Source: an uncultured Clostridia bacterium (GTDB lineage Bacteria > Bacillota > Clostridia > Christensenellales > Aristaeellaceae). From it: a stretch of 17,122 bases of DNA. Below, piece after piece: positions 9,108-15,373 of this stretch. Both the position numbers and the translations under genes were made by a program. The stretch is from assembly GCA_937907055.1 (NCBI GenBank), contig CALCTW010000048.1, forward strand, positions 1-17,122. The letters are read 5' to 3'. Below the pieces are notes generated by a model. It was given only the letters and a program-made list of their open reading frames with translations. It was not told the origin of the DNA and made no database searches. The stretch's first letter is position 1. Each line of letters starts with the position of its first letter.

Positions 9108-9755
9108 ATGCTGATCACACACATGGGCCACAGTGAGTTTCTTCTTCAGATCGGGAAGACCGTGATTCTGACCGATCCTTTCGACGATCATGTCGGGTAC
9201 CGTATGCAGTCTCCGGCAGCGAATGTCGTGCTTGTCAGTCACAGTCACGGCGATCACAGCTGCGTACAGAAGGTGGCGGGGGAGCCTGTCGTTGTCACCG
9301 CTCCCGGTGTCCATTCTGTCGCGCCGGGCGTCACGGTCACCGGCATTGCTTCCGTGCATGATCAGGAGGGCGGCGCGAAGCGCGGCCCGAATGTCATCTA
9401 TGTCATCGAGGCGGAGGGCCTTCGCGTCGCCCATCTGGGCGATCAGGGGTGTCTCCTCACAGCGGAGCAGGTCGCGCGTCTGGGCCGCGTGGATGTCCTG
9501 CTCGTGCCTGTCGGCGGCTTTTTCACCATCGATGCCGCTGAGGCTTACGAGACCGTGAAGGCGCTGTCTCCCGCGGTCACCATTCCCATGCATTACAAGA
9601 CCGCCGTGAACGCCGCCTGGCCCATTCAGGATGAATCGGAGTTTTTGCGTCTCATGCAGGCTGAAAACTGCCCCCGTATGCCGCAGATCCGTATCACCGC
9701 CGGCGATCTTTCTCAGCAGCCGCGCTGTGCCGTTCTGCGTTCCGTCTGCCTGTAA
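9108..9755 (+). CDS. Metallo-beta-lactamase-fold metal-dependent hydrolase (UPF0173 / YtkL-like)
   Basis: 215 aa. HxHxDH motif VLVSHSHGDHS. Later motifs VAHLGDQG, VDVLLVPVGG and IPMHY. Strong RBS GGAGGA 8 nt upstream. TAA stop. Confidence 0.85.
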   Translation: MLITHMGHSEFLLQIGKTVILTDPFDDHVGYRMQSPAANVVLVSHSHGDHSCVQKVAGEPVVVTAPGVHSVAPGVTVTGIASVHDQEGGAKRGPNVIYVIEAEGLRVAHLGDQGCLLTAEQVARLGRVDVLLVPVGGFFTIDAAEAYETVKALSPAVTIPMHYKTAVNAAWPIQDESEFLRLMQAENCPRMPQIRITAGDLSQQPRCAVLRSVCL

Positions 9756-9843
9756 TTTTCCGCCTGAGTGCCTTTCTTTGGAAGGAATTGCAAAAAATAA
9801 GCGCTTTTTCCAGTAAAATGGGCAGGTTTGGGCATTTTTCTGC

Positions 9844-9872
9844 TTGTGTTTTCTCCTGATTGGGCATATAAT
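9844..9872 (+). promoter_or_regulatory. Sigma-A promoter driving the structured leader and zinc-ribbon gene
   Basis: TTGTGT (9844-9849), 17-nt spacer, perfect TATAAT (9867-9872). The predicted transcription start near 9879-9880 coincides with the first base of the closing helix of the downstream RNA structure. Confidence 0.65.
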
Positions 9873-9878
9873 ATGCGC

Positions 9879-10091
9879 GGTTGGTCCATCGGGTCTGTGG
9901 TTGAAAGCCGATGCCAGTCGCAGGCAAAGCGGTCCTCGTAATCCGGCCAAAGCGCCGGGGAGCATGGTGCGGTCTAGATGTCAGTCCGGCCGCGCGAAAG
10001 CGCGAGAGAAGGGCGTGAGGGCGCAAAGGCGCAGAGCTAACTTCCAGCCGGCGTGTGAGGGGGCAAAGACCAGGTCAGCCGTACGCCAACC
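9879..10091 (+). promoter_or_regulatory. Long GC-rich structured 5' leader (candidate riboswitch, thermosensor or cis-regulatory RNA), class not recognised
   Basis: Closing helix GGTTGG (9879-9884) / CCAACC (10086-10091).

Internal hairpins:
- CATCGG / CCGATG (9887-9913).
- CCGGC / GCCGG (9943-9958).
- CCGGC (9986-9990) / GCCGG (10047-10051), enclosing two smaller hairpins: CGCGC-GAAA-GCGCG (9991-10004) and GCGC-AAAG-GCGC (10021-10032).

The 369-nt gap has no credible CDS and is much more GC-rich than the other intergenic regions here. Confidence 0.5.
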
Positions 10092-10124
10092 AACACTTAT
10101 TTATTTCAGGGGGAAATATCGACC

Positions 10125-10412
10125 ATGTATCAGGACAAGACTTTGGTGTGCCGTGACTGCGGTAATGAATTCGTCTTCACCGCCGGCGAACAGGAATTCT
10201 ATGCCGAAAAGGGTTTCCAGAATGAACCCACCCGCTGCCGTGAATGCCGTCAGGCTCACAAGGCTGCTCGGAACAACAACGCGGGCACCAGAGAAATGCA
10301 TGATGCTGTGTGTGCCAATTGCGGCGCCAATACTCAGGTTCCCTTCCTGCCCAAGGAAGATCGTCCTGTGTACTGCAGCGCCTGCTATGCCGCTATGCAG
10401 CACAACCGGTAA
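10125..10412 (+). CDS. Small double zinc-ribbon protein (zf-trcl-like CxxC...CxxC N-terminal module plus a CxxC-x17-CxxC C-terminal module)
   Basis: 95 aa. LVCRDCGNEFVFTAGEQEFYAEKGFQNEPTRCRECRQAHK followed by AVCANCGANTQVPFLPKEDRPVYCSACYA. SD-like AGGGGGA at 10108-10114. TAA stop, followed by a terminator. Confidence 0.85.
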   Translation: MYQDKTLVCRDCGNEFVFTAGEQEFYAEKGFQNEPTRCRECRQAHKAARNNNAGTREMHDAVCANCGANTQVPFLPKEDRPVYCSACYAAMQHNR

Positions 10413-10424
10413 TTGAATTTACCG

Positions 10425-10457
10425 CGGAGCATCCCGTCAGGGGTGCTCCGTTTTTTG
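10425..10457 (+). terminator. Rho-independent terminator of the zinc-ribbon gene
   Basis: 11-bp stem CGGAGCATCCC (10425-10435) / GGGGTGCTCCG (10440-10450, one G-U pair) with loop GTCA, followed by TTTTTTG. Confidence 0.9.
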
Positions 10458-10538
10458 TTTTCATACCCGTTCCCGGATCCGGGGGCGATTCGCCCGCCGG
10501 AGGGGGCGTTCTGCTCTCTTTCCCTGTCTGGATCCGTC

Positions 10539-10567
10539 AAAAAACCGGACGCGTCCGCGCGCCCGGT
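10539..10567 (-). terminator. Rho-independent terminator of the rhomboid-DUF3267 operon
   Basis: On the minus strand: stem ACCGG.CGCG / CGCG.CCGGT (10544-10567, one A-C mismatch, loop of 4), followed by six U (complement of the A-run at 10539-10544). It lies 21 nt after the DUF3267 stop. Confidence 0.75.
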
Positions 10568-10588
10568 CCTTTTCTTTTTCAGCCGTTC

Positions 10589-11191
10589 TTATTCTTTCAC
10601 ACAGAAGGTCTGCTTCGGGCCTGTGTCATTCATCAGCAGGTCCTTTTTCTTATAGTCAAACAGCAGCACCTTGGCCACCATCAGGTCGCCGATGCATCCG
10701 CTGATGTGGATCGCCAGCAGCAGCACGGAAAGGAAACGGTACAGCGGATCCGTGAGCAGCGCGATCATCAGCCCGAACACGATGTCATATACCACAAAGG
10801 GGGCCAGCACGCTGATCAGCGCGGTCTTCTTGTTCACATACAGGTCAGGCACACCGCAGTAAGCCACCGTCAGCGTCATGCCGAAGGTCAGCTTCTCCCG
10901 TGTCAGCAGCTTGTAGGCCGCGCCGTGGGTCAGTTCATGCAGAATGATATAGGCGACCATCGTGATCATGAAGATCAGGTACGCGAGGATCGCGTGTCCT
11001 TCCCCGGCGCTGCCGGTAATGATCTTCCACGGGTTCAGCCCCAGTATCACGCACAGCAGCGCGACCACCGCGATCATGATCCCAAGAGCGATCACGTTCA
11101 TGCGGACGACCGTTTTCTTGTCCTTCGCGTCGATCACCCGGTCCTCTCTGTAGCCTTCGGGCAGCTCCCGGTAAGCGTTCTTTGTTTTCAT
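10589..11191 (-). CDS. DUF3267-family putative membrane zincin metallopeptidase
   Basis: 200 aa, about 4 transmembrane segments. HExxH motif in ILHELTHGAAY, at the membrane boundary. The ATG overlaps the stop of the upstream rhomboid gene (ATGA). TAA stop. Confidence 0.75.
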   Translation of the reverse strand: MKTKNAYRELPEGYREDRVIDAKDKKTVVRMNVIALGIMIAVVALLCVILGLNPWKIITGSAGEGHAILAYLIFMITMVAYIILHELTHGAAYKLLTREKLTFGMTLTVAYCGVPDLYVNKKTALISVLAPFVVYDIVFGLMIALLTDPLYRFLSVLLLAIHISGCIGDLMVAKVLLFDYKKKDLLMNDTGPKQTFCVKE

Positions 11192-12219
11192 CTTTCATGA
11201 TCTCCTTTCTTTCTGTTCAGCAGGCAGCCGATCACGCCGCCCACAGCGCCGCCGGCAAAGTGGGAAAAGTAGGCCACATTGCCGTTGCTCGTCACCATCT
11301 GCTCCACCTGCTGTCCCACAAACAGCAGGATCACCAAGATCGTTGTCAGGGGAATGTGCTTCTCGTCAAACGCGGTGAAGGAGGAGAGCACGATGAAGGC
11401 AAATACCACGCCGCTCGCGCCCAGCATGCTCACATTCATCAGGCAGGCCAGCAGGCCGGTGATCACTGCCGTCAGCGCGATGGTGATCAGCATCGTCTTC
11501 GTTCCGTACTTTTCCTCCAGCAGGGGACCCAGCAGCAGCAGATACGTCATATTGCCGATGAAGTGCGGATAACCGCTGTGCCCGAAGATGTGCGTGAACA
11601 GCCGCAGATAGGAGAGCGGATCCGCGAAGTTGAACCCATGCACCTGAAACAGCACCCGGTTGGAAGCGCCGGCGGTGATCCATCCCAGCAGCAGGGCGAT
11701 CAGACAAACAAAGAAATAGGTCAGCGTGACCGGCGCGTTGTAGTTCAGCTTTATCCCGTTTCCCTTCCGGGTCTTGCTGCCGCCGTCCGCGTAGGCGGTG
11801 CCGTCAGCAGGCCCCAGCGTGCCCCGGAAGATCCGCGCCGCGTCGCTGATCACCCACAGCAGGGCGATCGCCCCGGCCGCGATCAGCACCCAGGAGAAGG
11901 CGGTCAGATCGCCGCTCAGGCCGCTTATCCTTGCAAAGCCGCTTCTTTGCCCGGGGTTTTGCAGGATGATCCCGCCGATGAGCGATACCAGCCCCAGCAG
12001 CTGCAGATAGCCCTTCCACAGCCAGCCTAAATAAAAGCGGTGCGCGCCGGTCATGCCCGGTATGGAAAGGAGCAGGGCGGTCTTTCGTTTTTTATGCGCC
12101 CATATGCTTTTCTGTTTTCCGGTCTGCTTCTTCTCCAGCAGGAAAAGCCCGGCAAAGACCGCGCCCAGAATCAGCGGCACGATGAATATCATAAAATGAA
12201 CGGAGTTCGTTTCTTCCAT
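11188..12219 (-). CDS. Rhomboid-family intramembrane serine protease with an N-terminal TM2 domain
   Basis: 343 aa counted from MEETNSV (ATG at 12219-12217), with RBS AAGGAGGTG 6 nt upstream. TM2 domain motifs: GAHRFYLGWLWKGYLQLL and LLWVISDAARIF. Rhomboid motifs: HIFGHSGYPHFIGNM, catalytic GASGVVFA (GxSG), and HFAGGAVGG. The ORF-track start at 12411 is rejected (see noticed_but_rejected). Confidence 0.85.
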   Translation of the reverse strand: MEETNSVHFMIFIVPLILGAVFAGLFLLEKKQTGKQKSIWAHKKRKTALLLSIPGMTGAHRFYLGWLWKGYLQLLGLVSLIGGIILQNPGQRSGFARISGLSGDLTAFSWVLIAAGAIALLWVISDAARIFRGTLGPADGTAYADGGSKTRKGNGIKLNYNAPVTLTYFFVCLIALLLGWITAGASNRVLFQVHGFNFADPLSYLRLFTHIFGHSGYPHFIGNMTYLLLLGPLLEEKYGTKTMLITIALTAVITGLLACLMNVSMLGASGVVFAFIVLSSFTAFDEKHIPLTTILVILLFVGQQVEQMVTSNGNVAYFSHFAGGAVGGVIGCLLNRKKGDHER

Positions 12220-12250
12220 ATGAAGCACCTCCTTTGCGTTTCTGCTCTTT

Positions 12251-12279
12251 AGTATAGCCTTCGCCCTCGTAAAAATCAA
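12251..12279 (-). promoter_or_regulatory. Sigma-A promoter of the rhomboid-DUF3267 operon
   Basis: Minus strand: TTGATT (12279-12274), 17-nt spacer, TATACT (12256-12251). About 30 nt upstream of the ATG at 12219. Confidence 0.6.
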
Positions 12280-12319
12280 CCGCTCCGGTGATGGAAACCG
12301 CGCTCCCGCCGCGCGCGGA

Positions 12320-12349
12320 TTGACAAAGCCCCGTGCAGAAAAGTATAAT
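12320..12349 (+). promoter_or_regulatory. Consensus sigma-A promoter of the DUF2974 operon
   Basis: Perfect TTGACA (12320-12325), 18-nt spacer, perfect TATAAT (12344-12349). GGAGA RBS at 12396-12400 and ATG at 12410. Confidence 0.7.
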
Positions 12350-12409
12350 AGGACACAGTTCGTATACAGGAACGGAAGCCGGAAAGAGGGGGTGCGGAGA
12401 TTGGATAAC

Positions 12410-13495
12410 ATGCTGCGTTATCTGGATTGGCGGGGGGATCTGTCCCTCGATCACGCGCCGCTCTGCGCGGTCGATCTGCTCATTTTTTCTTAGCTTGCCC
12501 ACGCCCCGCTTGAACTGCTTCAGGGGCGCACCGGCTCTCTTTCGGATCTGCGGGATACCCTTTTTCCGCCCTCGGGTTATCTGGGCTCCTCCCTGCTGAA
12601 GGATCGGGCGGCGCTCTGGCGCGGCGCGGCAGATACTGTCCGCTTCCGGCCGGTCCGTATGGTCTGGTTCAATGCCTGTTTTGACGCCGCGAATGAGACC
12701 CAGTTCGCCGCTGCCCTGTTCACGGTGGGGCGCGCGGCGGTCGTGGCCTTCCGCGGCACGGACGGCACCGTTGTCGGCTGGAAGGAAGATTTCAATATGA
12801 GCTATGAACGCGATGTTCCGGCGCAGCGCCTGGCGGTCGCGTTCCTGCAGGCCGCTGCTGATAATCTGCATGCCTGCGGCTGTGATCATCTCATCCTCTG
12901 CGGCCACAGCAAGGGCGGCAATCTGGCCATGTACGCGGCTGCCATGTGCCCTGCGGAGGTGCAAAGCCGCATACAGGCGGTCTACAGCTTTGACGGGCCG
13001 GGTCTGGCGGAGCATGTGCTCGCCTCTGCCGGCTGGGCTGCCGTCAGCCCACGGGTCCGTCTTTATATCCCCGAAAGCTCCATCATCGGCCTTCTCCTCG
13101 GCAATCCCGGCGAAAAGACCGTCGTCGCGTCCGATTCCACCGGCATCATGCAGCACAATCCCTTCAACTGGCATGTCACCGGCGATCATTTTGATACCGT
13201 AAAGGAGGTCTCGGCCTCCTCCCGCTTCATCGAAAGGACCCTGCAGGATTTTATTCATAAGGTCCCGCCCGAAATGCGCAAGTCCCTTGTCAACGCGCTG
13301 TTCAGCCTCATCAACAAGAGCGGCGTCCGCACCCTGAAGGAGATCCCCCGAGCGCTCCTTCTGCCCACCGCGCCCGTCCGCGAGGTGCTTTCCGCCCTTA
13401 CCGATAAAGAACGCGGTCTGCTCACCCGTCTGCTCGCTTCCATCGCGCTGGGGGATCGATCCTCCTCCGCGCCCGATCCCGATAAACTGTCTTAA
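12410..13495 (+). pseudogene. DUF2974 / Mbeg1-like alpha/beta-hydrolase (GHSKGG nucleophile elbow) interrupted by a single in-frame TAG at 12491-12493
   Basis: ATG at 12410 gives MLRYLDWRGDLSLDHAPLCAVDLLIFS, the family-typical N-terminus, then TAG. The same frame continues without any other lesion: LAHAPLELL...RFRPVRMVWFNACFDAANETQFAAALF...VAFRGTDGTVVGWKEDFNMSY...ILCGHSKGGNLAMYAA, to TAA at 13493-13495. The ORF track only reports the piece downstream of Met at 12659. Confidence 0.75.
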
Positions 13496-13513
13496 GGAGG
13501 TTTCCTTTCATTC

Positions 13514-13804
13514 ATGCAATCCTGGCTCATCGCCGTCATCGCGGCGGCTGTCTATATTCTCTGCAATCTCATCTGCTTTATCCTCATGGGGTGTGATAAA
13601 TCCCGTGCCCGCAAAAATAAATGGCGTATCAGCGAACGCGCGCTCTTCATTTCCTGCATCTGCTTCGGCGGCATCGGCGGGGTGCTGGGCATGCGCGTTT
13701 TCCGCCACAAAACAAAGCACTGGTATTTCCGCCTGTTCTTTCCCCTCATCATGGTATTGCAGATCATCCTCATCCTCATTGCTGCCTATCTTTTCTTCCG
13801 TTGA
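13514..13804 (+). CDS. DUF1294 family small membrane protein
   Basis: 96 aa, 3 transmembrane segments. Motif pattern GCDKSRARKNKWRISERALF...GGIGGVLGMRVFRHKTKHWYF is typical of DUF1294. GGAGG lies 13 nt upstream. TGA stop. Confidence 0.8.
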   Translation: MQSWLIAVIAAAVYILCNLICFILMGCDKSRARKNKWRISERALFISCICFGGIGGVLGMRVFRHKTKHWYFRLFFPLIMVLQIILILIAAYLFFR

Positions 13805-13825
13805 TCTGTCAAAGGAGTATCTGTC

Positions 13826-14476
13826 ATGTACGAAGCCATTGAAAAGGCCCTCACAGCGCTGAAGGCCGGCATACCGGTCCGGCCGCTGTCTGTCGCCCCC
13901 TATGCCACCCTGAATATCACCGGCACCCGTGTCGATCTCAATGCCATGGATCTGGGGGATTATACCGTCAGCACGCTCCAGATCAAGGCGCCGCTCGGCA
14001 TCATCCACGCGCAGCTGCTGGTCATCACGCCGCTTCGCAGGGACGCGCCGGCCTGTCTGTGCGCCTTTTTGCATTCTCCGGGCAAGGACACCATGCACAT
14101 GGAGGCGCTCAACACCCTTCTTTCGCCCGATTCCTTTGAGGATCTCGTCCGTGTCCGCGCCGCGCACACCCGTCCGGCGGATCATGTATCCACCATGGAC
14201 TGGTATGAGGCCATCAAGCTTCCCGGCTGCATCTGCCGTGATCTGAAGCCCAATGATAAAGAAACGCTCTCTCTCTTTGCCGACTGGATGGCCGCCTACA
14301 CCGCGCATATGCGCTCCGCGCCGGCCTGTGATGAGAACACCAAGGCCGCGCATGCCCGCGCGGTCGTGGATACCCACATGCTGGCCGACGGCGATATGAT
14401 CCGTCAGCTCTACAATATGATGGGCGAGGAACGCGCGCGCGGTCTTTTCCGCAAGGCCTTCTTCCCCAAGGATTAA
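13826..14476 (+). CDS. Hypothetical soluble protein, 216 aa. A ferredoxin-dependent bilin reductase (FDBR)-like fold is possible but very tentative.
   Basis: Good RBS AAGGAG 9 nt upstream and strong GC3 codon bias. No transmembrane segments. By eye, the order of segments resembles PcyA-type FDBRs (see findings). Not verifiable without a profile search. Confidence 0.7.
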   Translation: MYEAIEKALTALKAGIPVRPLSVAPYATLNITGTRVDLNAMDLGDYTVSTLQIKAPLGIIHAQLLVITPLRRDAPACLCAFLHSPGKDTMHMEALNTLLSPDSFEDLVRVRAAHTRPADHVSTMDWYEAIKLPGCICRDLKPNDKETLSLFADWMAAYTAHMRSAPACDENTKAAHARAVVDTHMLADGDMIRQLYNMMGEERARGLFRKAFFPKD

Positions 14477-14497
14477 TTCATTCAGGAGGAATCTCTC

Positions 14498-15205
14498 ATG
14501 AGCAAGGGTAAAAAGAAAAAGTCTCAGGTGAAGGCGCAGCAGGCGGCTGAGGCCGCGAAGAAGGCTTCTAAAGTCAGGAAGAAGTCGCTCCTGCCCGTCT
14601 GGCTGTGGTGGGTCATCGGTGTCGCGCTTGTCAGCTGCATCCTCAGCGCGCTGCTTCCGGTTTACGTGCCCCGCATGAACCGCCTCACCACCGCGGAGAA
14701 CGGCTTCCATCTGGATGCCCTCATTCCGCTGTATATCAGCAATATCCTCATGCCGTTGCTCACCGCCGGCGCGTTCATCTTCTATCATCTGGGCAGACGC
14801 GTCCCGGCCTATGTCTGCGCGCTGGGCAATATGGTCTTCCCGGCCCTCTGCTCCATGACCGGCTGCTACGGTCTGGCTGAGATCCTCTTCTATGGTGGCT
14901 GCGCCATGATGCTGGGCGGTTATATCACGCTGCACCGCCGTGATTCCGAGGGCAAGGTCATGCAGTATATCCTGCTGGTGCTGGCCGGCTTCGCTTCCGT
15001 GCTTCACTTTGTCATGGCGGTCGCGTACGGCGCCACCGGTGTCATCTATGCCACTCCGGATGTCAAGGATGCCTACGCCGCGGTCACCGCCTATTACCTC
15101 GCGCCGGCCTTTTACTTCCTCATCCACTGCATCGGCGCGTGGAAGAATGTGCCGCGTCCGCAGAATGACGCCTTCTCCCGGCGCACCCTGCCTTCCCACC
15201 GCTGA
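14498..15205 (+). CDS. Hypothetical polytopic membrane protein (about 6 transmembrane segments) with a Lys-rich N-terminal tail
   Basis: 235 aa. RBS AGGAGG 8 nt upstream. N-terminus MSKGKKKKSQVKAQQAAEAAKKASKVRKKS followed by six hydrophobic segments. No motif recognised. TGA stop. Confidence 0.75.
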   Translation: MSKGKKKKSQVKAQQAAEAAKKASKVRKKSLLPVWLWWVIGVALVSCILSALLPVYVPRMNRLTTAENGFHLDALIPLYISNILMPLLTAGAFIFYHLGRRVPAYVCALGNMVFPALCSMTGCYGLAEILFYGGCAMMLGGYITLHRRDSEGKVMQYILLVLAGFASVLHFVMAVAYGATGVIYATPDVKDAYAAVTAYYLAPAFYFLIHCIGAWKNVPRPQNDAFSRRTLPSHR

Positions 15206-15244
15206 AATCCTGCCTGATTGGCATTGTTTCCGCCGTGTGTGATA

Positions 15245-15273
15245 TTGACATTGCTCCATAAACCGTGTAAAAT
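15245..15273 (+). promoter_or_regulatory. Sigma-A promoter of typA
   Basis: Perfect TTGACA (15245-15250), 17-nt spacer, TAAAAT (15268-15273). This implies a ~95 nt 5' UTR before the ATG at 15374. Confidence 0.65.
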
Positions 15274-15373
15274 ACCATTTTGGTCGTGATTTACGGCCAG
15301 AATGCACAAAGCCGAAGGCTGTCCGGCGGCAGGTCCGGGATCTGGCTGCCTGTAATGGAAGGATCGTGAAAGA

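Noticed and set aside
9879-10091. Considered whether the structured RNA is SRP RNA, or a cobalamin, ykkC (guanidine-I family), ydaO (c-di-AMP), GEMM or glycine riboswitch. Isolated strings look familiar: CUCGUAAUCC, GGUUGAAAGCC, GUCAGUCCGG, GGUCUAG...UCCGGC...GAGAG, AGCUAAC and GACCAGGUCAGCC.
   Set aside because: - SRP RNA: the near-invariant GGAAGCAGC helix-8 motif is absent.
- Cobalamin: there is no GCCACUG and no AGGGAA.
- ykkC: there is no GGGUUCCG...UGGUCCGAGAG arrangement and no AAAAGCCCGGGAGA.
- ydaO: the ydaO-like pieces are in the wrong order.

The resemblances are short and GC-rich, so I leave the RNA unclassified. It is also not 6S RNA, tmRNA or RNase P RNA, because their signature sequences are missing.
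9844-10416. 190 aa plus-strand ORF covering the leader and overlapping the zinc-ribbon gene out of frame.
   Set aside because: It starts inside the promoter -35 element and has no RBS. Its composition is Arg/Ala/Pro-rich and low-complexity. The zinc-ribbon frame has clear CxxC motifs. It is a GC-driven open frame.
10458-10538. GC-rich palindromes between the two convergent terminators: CCCGGATCCGGG at 10472-10483, GGGCG-ATT-CGCCC at 10483-10495, and a second GGATCC at 10530-10535. Considered as a possible REP-like or mobile-element remnant, or a protein-binding site.
   Set aside because: They are short and not repeated elsewhere in the window. There is no flanking direct repeat or transposase. 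They are most simply spacer sequence between convergent terminators.
11188-12411. The ORF-track version of the rhomboid gene, starting at 12411 (407 aa).
   Set aside because: The extra 64 codons run through the divergent promoter region and have no RBS. The internal ATG at 12219 has AAGGAGGTG 6 nt upstream and lies downstream of a TTGATT-17-TATACT promoter.
12659-13495. Treating the 278 aa ORF starting at Met 12659 as the complete DUF2974 gene.
   Set aside because: There is no RBS before 12659. The 83 codons upstream, in the same frame, encode the family-typical N-terminal region, and the promoter and RBS sit at 12320-12400. The ORF is the downstream part of a gene interrupted by TAG.
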